A stretch of DNA of 64,000 nt from Geminicoccaceae bacterium (GTDB lineage Bacteria; Pseudomonadota; Alphaproteobacteria; Geminicoccales; Geminicoccaceae): assembly GCA_044224255.1 (NCBI GenBank), contig JBGAKU010000002.1, positions 13,557 through 77,556 of the forward strand. Reading direction: 5' to 3'. Under the pieces are notes generated by a model. It was given only the letters and a program-made list of their open reading frames with translations, had not been told where the DNA came from and did no database searches. Of this stretch, positions 55,869-64,000 are shown piece after piece (position 1 is the stretch's first letter; each line of letters opens with the position of its first letter). The position numbers and the translations under genes are program-made.

Positions 55869-56672
55869 ATGGTGACGAGAGTAGCGACCATGCTGGCGGC
55901 CGCGCTGGCCCTGTCCTGCGCGGCGCTCGGCCCGGTGCTGGCCGAGACCTCGCTGGCCGACGCCTATGCGGTCATCGCCGGCAAGAAGAAGGTCGACCTG
56001 ACTCACAGCTTCGGCTCGAACACGCCGGTCTGGGAGGGCTTCGGCCAAGCGACCATGACCGCCGCCGCCGATCCGACCACCCACATTCCCTACACGATCG
56101 AGAAGGACGGCTTCCGGACCACCTTCTATTCGATGGTCGGCCAGTACGGCACCCACATCGACCCGCCGGCCCATTTCGACCCGAACGGCCAGACCATGGA
56201 CCAGATCCCGCTGGACCAGATGATCATGCCGCTCGTGGTGCTCGACAATACACCCTATCAGGCGGCGGACCCAGCGCACGCCTTCAGCCTCGCCGACCTC
56301 CAGGCGTGGGAGAAGGAGCACGGCTCGGTGCCCAAGGGTGCCTTCGCTGCGCTGCGCACCGACATGTACAAGGACTGGACCGCCGATCCGGCGCATTTCA
56401 AGCGCCACCCGTTCCCGGCTTGGTCGCTCGACGTGGTCAAGATCTTGTTCGAGCAGCGCGGCGTCGTCGCGATCGGCCACGAGGCCCTCGACACCGACAT
56501 CACCCCGAGCATGGATTCGGAGACCTGGCTGCTGCGCAACGGCCACTACCAGATCGAGGTCATGGCCAATCTCGACCAAGTGCCGGCCACCGGTGCCGTG
56601 ATCGTCGTCAGCTGGCCCAAGGTCGAGAACGGCTTCGGCTTTCCGGCACGGGCGTTCGCGATCCTGCCGTGA
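55869..56672 (+). CDS. Secreted cyclase family protein (kynurenine formamidase-like metal hydrolase)
   Basis: Signal peptide; VDLTH, GQYGTHIDPPAHF, IGHEALDTD, QIEVMANLD, GFPARAFA. Confidence 0.85.
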   Translation: MVTRVATMLAAALALSCAALGPVLAETSLADAYAVIAGKKKVDLTHSFGSNTPVWEGFGQATMTAAADPTTHIPYTIEKDGFRTTFYSMVGQYGTHIDPPAHFDPNGQTMDQIPLDQMIMPLVVLDNTPYQAADPAHAFSLADLQAWEKEHGSVPKGAFAALRTDMYKDWTADPAHFKRHPFPAWSLDVVKILFEQRGVVAIGHEALDTDITPSMDSETWLLRNGHYQIEVMANLDQVPATGAVIVVSWPKVENGFGFPARAFAILP

Positions 56673-56679
56673 CGCTGGA

Positions 56680-58062
56680 TCAATCGCTCTCGTACAAAAA
56701 CCGCCGGTCGTGGCTCTCATCGTAGGCGGGATTGTCCCAGCCGATCATCTTGCCGGGGTTTAGCAGGCCCTGCGGGTCGGCCTCGCGCTTGAAGGCGAGC
56801 TGCGTCTGGTCGACCTTTTTCATCCCGCCGCCTTCGAGCGTGTACTCGTGCGGGTTGAAGATCGGGCAGCCGGCCTCGTTGTGGCGGTCGATGATCGCCT
56901 GTAGTCGCTCGTCACTCGTGTAGCGGACGAGCTGCAGGCCGAAGCAGGCAATGTCGCCGCCGAAGCGCACGAACTCGAGATGCATCGGCACCTCGTCGCC
57001 GAACTCGCCGGCCATCTGAGCGACCTTCTCCAGGTGCCGCGGCGGCGGGAACAGCGTCTGCAGGTAGGTGATCGTCCGGTCGTGCTTGAGCGCGTGCAGC
57101 GTGGTGTGGTTCCAGGTGTACTCGAACAGCGGCTGGGCCAAAGGCGGCAGCTCTTCGACCGGGCCGCGGTGGGCAATCCGCGCCGGCCAGGCCGCGAGCG
57201 CCTCCTCCACGGCGTCGAGCGCGAAGTCCGCCACCATGAGGATGAGCGCGTGCTCGCCTGCGCGAAGCCGGTCGGGAAACAGCCAGTCGTGCGCCACGGG
57301 TGCGGCGATCACCGAGACCAGCTTCTTCAGGATCGCGTCCTCCCGCGCCAGCGCGTCGGCGCAGCTGGCGGCGGTCATCAGCTCCGGCAGGCCGACCAGC
57401 AGCTCGATCCAGCGATAGGCCGGTGCGAGCGGCATCTCGAGCTCGGTGATCACGCCGTTGGTGCCGTAGGCGTGATTGACCTTCTGGATGTCGCCGCCGC
57501 GCAGCTCGAGGATCCTGGGCTCGGCCTCCATCGTGACCACGCGCGTCATCAGGATGTTGCCGCGGTCGCGCAGCAGGCCCCAGGTGATCGAGCCGATGCC
57601 GGAGCTGCCCCCCGCGACGTAGCCGCCGAGCGTCCCGGTCTTGTGCGTGCTCGGGTGCAGGCGCAGCTCCTGCCGGCTGTCGGCGATGGTCGCGGCATCG
57701 AGCTCGGCGAGCTTGATCCCGGCCTCGGCCCACACGCGCCCCTGGCCGATCGCCTTGACCTGCGCCATCTCGGACAGGTCGAGCACGATCCCGCCCCGCA
57801 GCGGCATGGCCTGACCATAGTTGCCGGTGCCGCCACCACGGGCCGTCAGCGGCACCCGATGGCGGTAGCAGGCTGCCACGGTGCGGACGACCTCGGCCTC
57901 GTCGCGCGGGATGATCACCGCCTCGGCGGTGACATGGTCGAGCTCACGTTTGAGGATCGGGCTGTACCAGTAGAAATCACGGCTACGTCGCCGCACCTTC
58001 TGCGGCTGCGTCTCGACCGCGAGCCCCGCGAGATCCCCCAGCACGTTCTCGACGGCGCTCAT
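56680..58062 (-). CDS. FAD-binding oxidoreductase (GlcD/VAO superfamily)
   Basis: SRDFYWYSPIL, RGGGTGNYGQAMP, HPST..TLGGYVAGG, HAYGTNG, WNHTT, DPQGLLNPGKM; GGAGGA RBS. Confidence 0.9.
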   Translation of the reverse strand: MSAVENVLGDLAGLAVETQPQKVRRRSRDFYWYSPILKRELDHVTAEAVIIPRDEAEVVRTVAACYRHRVPLTARGGGTGNYGQAMPLRGGIVLDLSEMAQVKAIGQGRVWAEAGIKLAELDAATIADSRQELRLHPSTHKTGTLGGYVAGGSSGIGSITWGLLRDRGNILMTRVVTMEAEPRILELRGGDIQKVNHAYGTNGVITELEMPLAPAYRWIELLVGLPELMTAASCADALAREDAILKKLVSVIAAPVAHDWLFPDRLRAGEHALILMVADFALDAVEEALAAWPARIAHRGPVEELPPLAQPLFEYTWNHTTLHALKHDRTITYLQTLFPPPRHLEKVAQMAGEFGDEVPMHLEFVRFGGDIACFGLQLVRYTSDERLQAIIDRHNEAGCPIFNPHEYTLEGGGMKKVDQTQLAFKREADPQGLLNPGKMIGWDNPAYDESHDRRFLYESD

Positions 58063-58151
58063 GCGCTCCTCCGCGGTGACAGCGGCCGGAACGCCGCGCA
58101 CGACCCGAGGATAGATGCCGCGCCGGTCCAAGCCAACGCGGCGAGCCGGCC

Positions 58152-58391
58152 CTACATGCGCACCGACGAGCGGTCGGAGGCAGGCGCTCCCGCCTCGGCG
58201 ATCTGCTCGAGCCTGCGGGCGATCTCGTGCAGCGCGATCTCGACCTCACCGTCTGCGGGCGCGATGGAGCGCAGCAGTCGCGCGGCCATCGACACCTGGA
58301 GGCGACTGAGCTCGTCGAGCCCGCCGCCGCCGAGGCGGCTGCCGTGGCGCTGGCTGGCCAAATTCGCTGATATTGCCGCGGAATTGTTCAT
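58152..58391 (-). CDS. Hypothetical small helical protein
   Basis: 79-aa ORF with amphipathic helices (LDELSRLQVSMAARLL..EIALHEIARRLEQIA) filling an otherwise empty gap; weak RBS. Confidence 0.4.
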   Translation of the reverse strand: MNNSAAISANLASQRHGSRLGGGGLDELSRLQVSMAARLLRSIAPADGEVEIALHEIARRLEQIAEAGAPASDRSSVRM

Positions 58392-58579
58392 GATAGCCAC
58401 CAAATAACTATTAATGGTTGAGTCTCCCGCTTTGCCCCCCGACCATCCGCAATGGCCGGCGGACTTGACTATGTGCGCCGCAATCGGCTCACCTCCCTGG
58501 AATGTGTCCGCTGATGGACGCCTTAGCGCAGGTAATCCACTATAGGTGTCGCCTAATTTACAGTCTGGCATGTAAATCG

Positions 58580-59302
58580 ATGCTCACATTAGCTCGAACC
58601 CGAGAACCGGCAGGCGAACTCAGGGCGATCGCCACGCGCAGCGCCTGGTTCGCCGGGCTGCCTGCAGCGCTGCGGGACCAGCTGCTGCGGTATGCGCAGA
58701 TCAAGAGCTTCCGCCGCGGGTCGTGGATCTACGTGCAGGGCGATCCTCCGCGGGGCCTCTGGGCGGTGATCGAGGGGGAGGTCTCGTTCAGCAAGATTGG
58801 CCCCGGCGGGCACGAGATCATCCTGCACGTAGCCGGACCCGGCTTCTGGTTCGGCGTGTTTGGCGTGATATCCGGCTTGAGCCTGAACGTGGCGGTCACC
58901 ACCGTCAGCGACACCACCATGCTGTTCGTGCCGCGCAAGGCGGTAAATCTGATCGTCGACCACCAGCCCCGCTATGCCCTCGATCTCCTGCGGTTGACGT
59001 TCCGTCGGGCATTGGAGCTGTTCGATCTCGTCGAGCAGGTCACCCGGCCGAGCCCGCGCAGCCGCGTCGCCTCGCGGCTGCTGCTGCTGCTGCAGACCGC
59101 GAGCGAGCACAGCCCCGAATCGCCGGCTCCCACCTTGCGTCTCTCGCAGTCTCAGGTCGCCGGCATGACCGCGCTCTCGCGGCAGTCGGTCAGCCGGGCG
59201 CTGGGCGAGCTGCACACCGCCGGTGCGATCGAGCTGGGCTTCCGGCAGATCAGGATCGCCGACGCGGGCAAGCTGCAGCAGTTCGCCGAGACCCTGGACT
59301 AG
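58580..59302 (+). CDS. Crp/Fnr family transcriptional regulator
   Basis: cNMP-binding IYVQGD..LWAVIEGEV..GFWFG; RVASRLL; HTH LSQSQVAGMTALSRQSVSRAL. Confidence 0.9.
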   Translation: MLTLARTREPAGELRAIATRSAWFAGLPAALRDQLLRYAQIKSFRRGSWIYVQGDPPRGLWAVIEGEVSFSKIGPGGHEIILHVAGPGFWFGVFGVISGLSLNVAVTTVSDTTMLFVPRKAVNLIVDHQPRYALDLLRLTFRRALELFDLVEQVTRPSPRSRVASRLLLLLQTASEHSPESPAPTLRLSQSQVAGMTALSRQSVSRALGELHTAGAIELGFRQIRIADAGKLQQFAETLD

Positions 59303-59309
59303 GAAGCGC

Positions 59310-60188
59310 TCAGCCGGTGAACCGCGGCTGGACGAGCCCGACCACGCCGGGCACCCGCGTGGCGAAGATCCCTCCGGCCTGCGGCTGGCGCGCCTCGGTG
59401 CCGGCGCTCAGGCCTGTGCCGATCGAGGTGACGAACAGCGTGTCGAGCATCGCACCGCCGAACGCGACCTTGGTCGGCTTCTCCACCGGCACCTCGATGA
59501 TCCGATCGACGGCACCCGCTGGGGTGAAGCGCACCAGCTGCCAGCCGCCGACGCCGGCCATCCAGTAGCAGCCGTCGGCGTCGACCGCCCCGCCGTCGGG
59601 CCGCCCGGCCAGTCCGTGGGTGTCGACGAAGACGCGCCGGTTGCTGATCCCTCCGCCCTCGACGTCGTAGTCGCAGGCCCAGATCGTCCGCACGCTCGCC
59701 TCGGAATCCGAGAAGTAGAAGACCCGGCCGTCCGGGCTGAAGGCGCAGCCATTGGTGACCGTCAGCCGATCGAACAGACGCTCGCACCGGCGGTCGGGCC
59801 AGAGCCGGTAGAGCGCGCCCACCGGCTCGCGCGGCCCCATCGGCATCGTCCCGGCGATCATCCGCCCGGCCGGGTCGGTGGTCCCGTCGTTGAAGCGGTT
59901 GCCGGGCCTGTCGGCTTCCGGATCGATGATCGGGACTAGGCCGCCCTGGCCGTCGAGGAAATGAAACCCGTCCTCGAGCGCCACGACGAAGCCACCGCCC
60001 TCGCGCAGCGCGAAGCAGCCGATCCGTTTCGGCAGTGCGATGCTCGTGTCGCGCCCGGTGGCCGGATCGAACCGATGCAGCGCGCGGCCCTCGATGTCGG
60101 CCCACCACAGCACCTGCTCGCGCTCACACCATAAAGGTGCCTCCCCGAGCTGGGCCTTCACGTCCAGCACGCAGTCGACCTTGGTCAT
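59310..60188 (-). CDS. SMP-30/gluconolactonase/LRE family protein
   Basis: LGEAPLW, RFNDG..DPAGR..GTM, NGCAFSPDG, PDGGAVDADG, PTKVAFGG. Confidence 0.92.
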   Translation of the reverse strand: MTKVDCVLDVKAQLGEAPLWCEREQVLWWADIEGRALHRFDPATGRDTSIALPKRIGCFALREGGGFVVALEDGFHFLDGQGGLVPIIDPEADRPGNRFNDGTTDPAGRMIAGTMPMGPREPVGALYRLWPDRRCERLFDRLTVTNGCAFSPDGRVFYFSDSEASVRTIWACDYDVEGGGISNRRVFVDTHGLAGRPDGGAVDADGCYWMAGVGGWQLVRFTPAGAVDRIIEVPVEKPTKVAFGGAMLDTLFVTSIGTGLSAGTEARQPQAGGIFATRVPGVVGLVQPRFTG

Positions 60189-60251
60189 CGGCTCCCTCCC
60201 TTTGGCCGGTAGGAGCCGCATAGACCGATCCAGCGACGGTAGCCAGCGCGC

Positions 60252-60953
60252 TCAGGCTGCCGCTGCCTTGGCCCAGAAGCGATCGAGCATGCGCCCGTTG
60301 TAGGCGACGAGATTGGCATGCTGGCGGGCCGCGTCGCGCAAGGGTGTGGCGAACGGGCCGCCGAGCAGGTTGCACACGAAGGCGTGCACCGTGCAGTCGG
60401 CCTTGGTCGGCGTCGCCCCCATGAAGAACGGCTTGTCGCCCAGCCAGTCGGCGACGGCGTCGATGTCGTCGATCGCCAGAGCCCGGATCTCGTTCTGGCT
60501 GTGCGCGCCCATCCCCTGACCGGCCAGCCGGGCGCGGCAGCGCTCGCGGATCTGGTCCTGGACCGCCGGCGGCAGGCCCTGGAGATAGGCGTCGCGCACG
60601 ATCGGCCAGTTGTGCGGGTCGATCCAGCGCTCGTGGAGGATCGCGAAGTAGGTGCGCTCCTCGAGCATGACGCAGAACGCATGGGCCACGGCCCGCTCGG
60701 CGGGGCTGAGGCCCTGGTCCAGATCGACGCCGTAGCGCGTCTCCAGCGCCCGGATGATCAGGGCGGAATCGCCGATCCGCTCGCCGTCGAGCTCGACGAA
60801 CGGCGCTTTGCCCTTGGGCGTCGCCGCCGGGTCGAGCACGGGCTCGATCCGGTAGGCGAGCCCGCTCAGCCTCAGGAAGGTCTCGAGCTTCATGCAGAAG
60901 GGGCTGGCGTTGGGCAGGCCGAAGAAGCTCTTGAACTGGTGCAGCACGATCAT
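60252..60953 (-). CDS. Glutathione S-transferase, metaxin/FAX-like subfamily
   Basis: NASPFCMKLETFLR, PKGKAPFVE, IGDSALII, LGDKPFFMG..PT.AD. Confidence 0.88.
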   Translation of the reverse strand: MIVLHQFKSFFGLPNASPFCMKLETFLRLSGLAYRIEPVLDPAATPKGKAPFVELDGERIGDSALIIRALETRYGVDLDQGLSPAERAVAHAFCVMLEERTYFAILHERWIDPHNWPIVRDAYLQGLPPAVQDQIRERCRARLAGQGMGAHSQNEIRALAIDDIDAVADWLGDKPFFMGATPTKADCTVHAFVCNLLGGPFATPLRDAARQHANLVAYNGRMLDRFWAKAAAA

Positions 60954-60999
60954 CGCTCGGCTCCGGCCGCTTCATGCGGTCCGCTCTTGCTAGTGCCCG

Positions 61000-61025
61000 C
61001 CTGCTGACAGCATCCTGTCAGCAGG
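61000..61025. promoter_or_regulatory. Perfect palindromic operator between divergent GST and WYL regulator genes
   Basis: CCTGCTGACAG-catc-CTGTCAGCAGG (11-bp arms, core TGACA-N6-TGTCA), 19 nt before the WYL ATG. Confidence 0.75.
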
Positions 61026-61044
61026 GTTGCGGCAGAGTGGGCCG

Positions 61045-61758
61045 ATGCGGCCGGCGGAGCGACTGTTCCAGATCATCCAGATCCTGCGGCGCCGTCGCGG
61101 CGTGGTGACCGCGCAGGCGCTGGCGGCCGAGCTCGAGGTGTCGGTGCGCACCGTCTATCGTGACATCGCCGAGCTGATCGCTCAGCGCGTGCCGATCGAG
61201 GGGGCGGCCGGGGTCGGCTATCTGCTGCGCGAAGGCTTCGACCTGCCGCCGTTGATGTTCTCCGAGGACGAGCTCGAAGCGCTCCTGCTCGGCACGCGCA
61301 TCGTCGAGAGCTGGGCCGACCCGGAGCTGGGCCGCGCCGCCGCGGACGTCCTCGCCAAGATCGCCGCGGTCGTGCCAGTATCCCGGCGCGCGCGGATCGA
61401 GAGCCTTGCGCTGGCCGCCCCGCCGAGCGAACGCCGGTCCGAGATCGCGATCGACATGGCCGCCCTGCGACATTGGGTGCGCGAGGAGCGCAAGGTCCGC
61501 ATCGACTATCTCGACCTGAAGGGTGCCGCCACGGTCCGCACGGTGCGCCCAATGACGCTCGCCTTCTTCCCCCCGGTCTGGCTGCTGCTCGGCTGGTGCG
61601 AGCTGCGCGAGGACTTCCGCTCCTTCCGGGTCGACCGGATCGCCGCGATCGAGTTCCTGCCCGAGCGCTATCCGCAGGAGCCCGGTCGGCGTCTCGTGGA
61701 TTATCTCGCCACGATCCGCTACCGGCGGATGGCGACGGCAGGGGAGGCGATCGCATGA
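61045..61758 (+). CDS. YafY-family HTH-WYL transcriptional regulator
   Basis: RLFQIIQIL..LAAELEVSVRTVYRDI..GVGYLL..LPPLMF; WYL domain RTVRP..WLLLGWCELREDFRSFRVDRI. Confidence 0.93.
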   Translation: MRPAERLFQIIQILRRRRGVVTAQALAAELEVSVRTVYRDIAELIAQRVPIEGAAGVGYLLREGFDLPPLMFSEDELEALLLGTRIVESWADPELGRAAADVLAKIAAVVPVSRRARIESLALAAPPSERRSEIAIDMAALRHWVREERKVRIDYLDLKGAATVRTVRPMTLAFFPPVWLLLGWCELREDFRSFRVDRIAAIEFLPERYPQEPGRRLVDYLATIRYRRMATAGEAIA

Positions 61759-62183
61759 CGACCGAGTTCGTGCTCGATCCGAGGCTCGAGCATTCCAGCG
61801 TGCCGGTGGCCGACTGGCCCTTGTGCGCGATCCGGCTCAAGGACGATGCACGGTTCCATTGGCTCTTGCTCGTGCCGCGGCGCGCGGCCGTGGTCGAGCT
61901 CACCGATCTCGCCGAAGCGGACTATGATCAGCTCTGCGCCGAGATGCTGGCCGCGACCCGGCTGATCCAGGAGGTGGCACGACCCGACAAGGTCAACGTC
62001 GCGACGCTCGGCAATGTCGTGGCCCAGATGCACCTGCATGTCATCGGCCGCTTCCACAGCGATCCGGCCTGGCCCGATCCGGTCTGGTGTCATGGCGCGG
62101 GCCCGACCCTCCCGGCCCACACGCTGGCGATCCTCGCCGAGCGCTATGCCAAGGCGGCGCGCCTGCAGTTCCAGGCGCTGTAG
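61755..62183 (+). CDS. HIT family protein
   Basis: FVLDPRL, DARFHWLLLVPRR, DKVNVATLGNVVAQMHLHVIGR..DPAWPDPVW; ATGA overlap with WYL gene. Confidence 0.9.
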   Translation: MTTEFVLDPRLEHSSVPVADWPLCAIRLKDDARFHWLLLVPRRAAVVELTDLAEADYDQLCAEMLAATRLIQEVARPDKVNVATLGNVVAQMHLHVIGRFHSDPAWPDPVWCHGAGPTLPAHTLAILAERYAKAARLQFQAL

Positions 62184-62287
62184 TTCTCGTTAGATCCATT
62201 CCATAGTGTTCTTAAAGTAACCGGGCTTCCGCTACTCTTCAGGAGCGACTATCCAACGCCGGTCATTCTTACCGTCGGAGCGGGCAC

Positions 62288-62731
62288 ATGGCTGGGTTGT
62301 CGGGCGTCGTGGTGAGCCAGCTTGGCACGGGCGAGCAGCTGCTGCTCTGGGCGCTGCGGCAGCGGCGCGCCGACCGCGGCGCGACCAGCCCGCTCCTGGC
62401 CCACGGCTTCCGCCTCGCCTGCGGCCTCGCCGGCGTCGAAGCGGCGCTGGAGCGGTTCGAGCGCCTGTGCAGGGCGCTCGAAGGCGAGGGTCCCTGCGCC
62501 GTCTGCCCGCTGCGCTGCGCCGTCCTCAGCGCGGACGAGACGCGCTGCATAGCACTCGTCGCCGCCGCCCAGACCGGCGAGGCGCAGGCGATTCGGCGGC
62601 TCGCCGCGATGCTGGTCGGCGCGCTGCAGGCGCCCGGCCTGTGCGAGGCTGCCCGGGAGCTGGCGGCGGAGCTCGACCGGGCCGGCGTACGTGTCGCGAC
62701 ACCCGTCCGATCGGCCGCCGTCCTGCACTGA
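62288..62731 (+). CDS. Hypothetical protein with Cys-rich C..LS.DE motif
   Basis: GGAG RBS; EQLLLWALR, CAVCPLRCAVLSADE..IALVAAAQ. Confidence 0.65.
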   Translation: MAGLSGVVVSQLGTGEQLLLWALRQRRADRGATSPLLAHGFRLACGLAGVEAALERFERLCRALEGEGPCAVCPLRCAVLSADETRCIALVAAAQTGEAQAIRRLAAMLVGALQAPGLCEAARELAAELDRAGVRVATPVRSAAVLH

Positions 62732-62747
62732 GCCGGGATATCCTTGG

Positions 62748-63617
62748 CTACAGCGCGACGGGCAGGACCGGTCCCGAGAACAGGACGGGCCCCGAGGGCG
62801 TGCCCGTCACCGAGCCGCCGGTGGGCTCGAGGCTGACCTCGAGCTTTCCTTTCGCCAGAGCATCCGCGATGTCGTGCGACAGGACGAAGACCGTGGTGGT
62901 CCCGCTCCTTTCGCTCGGGAACAGGCCCAGCGAGCGCAGCGCGCCGTCGGACTGCATCCAGACCTCGAGCATCTTGCCGCTGAAGTCCCGGGGCGGCGTG
63001 ATGTTCAAGCGGAGCGCGAGCCGGCCCTCGCTGACGTTCAGGTCGGCCGTCATCATCGGTCGCTCGTACTTGTCGATCAACACCGCCACATGGCTCGGCG
63101 CCAGATTGGTGGCGTTCAGGCGCGCCTCGATCGCCCCCAGCCGCGCGGTCAGGCCCGCGATCTCCTCCGGCGTCTGCGCGAGGCGTCGCGTCGCTTCGTC
63201 GATTCGCTGCAGCTGCGCTTCCATCAGCTCGGCCGTGACAGCCTGCTCGGGCGCGACCGGTGGCGGCTGGAGCGCGACGTAAAGAAGCATGGCTCCAGCC
63301 GCTGCCGCGCCCAAAGCGCTCAGACTCCGCCAGAAACGGACATCGGCCCAGAGCCGGTCGAACCAGCCACGACGCTCCGATCTCGGCTGTGCCCACAGTT
63401 CCTCGGCAATGTTGGCCCACAGCCGCGGCGGCGGTTCGAGCGTCGGGGCCGACTCGGCCAGGTGATTCAGCCGAAGCTCCCAATCCTCGGCCGTGTCGGC
63501 GAGCTCGCGGTCGTTGGCCATGAGCCGTTCGAAGCGCCTGCGCGCCGCTCCCCGCAGCGTGCCAAGGGCATACTCGGTCGTGAGCCGGTCGCGCAGCTCG
63601 GGGTTATCGTAGTTCAT
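62748..63617 (-). CDS. Anti-sigma factor, RskA family
   Basis: EYALGTL, WELRL..L, PPPRLW, FWR plus TM; C-terminal LEVW..SLGL..LEVSLEPTGGS.TG.PSGPV. Confidence 0.9.
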   Translation of the reverse strand: MNYDNPELRDRLTTEYALGTLRGAARRRFERLMANDRELADTAEDWELRLNHLAESAPTLEPPPRLWANIAEELWAQPRSERRGWFDRLWADVRFWRSLSALGAAAAGAMLLYVALQPPPVAPEQAVTAELMEAQLQRIDEATRRLAQTPEEIAGLTARLGAIEARLNATNLAPSHVAVLIDKYERPMMTADLNVSEGRLALRLNITPPRDFSGKMLEVWMQSDGALRSLGLFPSERSGTTTVFVLSHDIADALAKGKLEVSLEPTGGSVTGTPSGPVLFSGPVLPVAL

Positions 63618-64000
63618 CTTCCACACACCTTTTGAGCTGGATCAAACCGCGCCGGATCCAGCTCTTTACCGTGCCGAGGGGGGTGCCGAGACGCCGTGAG
63701 ATCTCGTCCGCTGTGAAACCGCCATAGTATGCCAGCAACAGGCTCTGGCGAGGCTTTTCGTCGAGCCCGTCGATGCAGTCCCTGAGCCGCTGGGCTTCGC
63801 GGCTGAGCAGAGGCCCGGTGCCCGGGTCCGCTGCCTGCTGCTCCCAATGCGCGATGATCGCATCGTCGTAGGGCGCCTCGCGTCGCCGCACCCGGAGCAG
63901 GTCGAAGCACCGATTGCGCACGATACGGCCCAGCCACGCCATCGCCGAGCCGCGATTGGGATCGAAGCGGTGGGCATGCCGCCAGACCTGGACGAACGAG
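63604..64000 (-). CDS. ECF sigma factor (SigK-like), 5' truncated by window
   Basis: VWRHAHRFDP..AMAWLGRIVRNRCFD (region 2); LLLAYYGG..EISRRLGTPLGTVKSWIRRGL (region 4); overlaps anti-sigma start. Confidence 0.92.
   Translation of the reverse strand, partial: SFVQVWRHAHRFDPNRGSAMAWLGRIVRNRCFDLLRVRRREAPYDDAIIAHWEQQAADPGTGPLLSREAQRLRDCIDGLDEKPRQSLLLAYYGGFTADEISRRLGTPLGTVKSWIRRGLIQLKRCVEDELR

Noticed and set aside
61045-62183. WYL gene as a marker of an anti-phage defence island
   Set aside because: YafY-type regulator among housekeeping neighbours; no defence effectors or mobility genes nearby.

Overview
High-GC bacterial chromosomal segment, almost certainly alphaproteobacterial. The gene mix (accA, divergent gph/glmU, mprF/acvB, phasin-like gene, DacA-SPOR) suggests Geminicoccaceae/Rhodospirillales; this is inference only. 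About 58 CDSs; no rRNA, tRNA, CRISPR array, integrase or transposase recognised. Left to right: partial CBS/CorC gene and a GNAT; an exopolysaccharide block (GT4, SAM methyltransferase, GlpD-like flavoprotein, Wzc-type kinase); a PrtD/PrtE-type T1SS pair; a class III cyclase-TPR gene; an M1 peptidase; AKR and MFS; a 32-aa membrane peptide before xpaC-telA; phasin; GMC oxidoreductase; accA; proX; a frameshifted tandem RTX locus; a Tat-exported GH26-like protein; cphA followed by a CphA paralogue lacking the ATP-grasp domain; a sulfatase with an in-frame internal deletion; a GSDH-family protein; a lower-GC three-gene module (M48 lipoprotein, output-less CHASE2 membrane protein, small secreted SH3-like protein); gph, glmU, TPR-SH3, dacA-SPOR, rluA, orphan tatA; head-to-head mprF/acvB; a secreted 7-repeat protein; a probable N-heterocycle catabolic cluster; Crp/Fnr; GST divergent from a WYL regulator with a perfect operator palindrome; and an ECF sigma/RskA-type anti-sigma pair. 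Best candidates for an undescribed system: the cphA + ATP-grasp-less paralogue operon, and the M48/CHASE2/SH3 module. All calls come from motif recognition by eye, without database searches.
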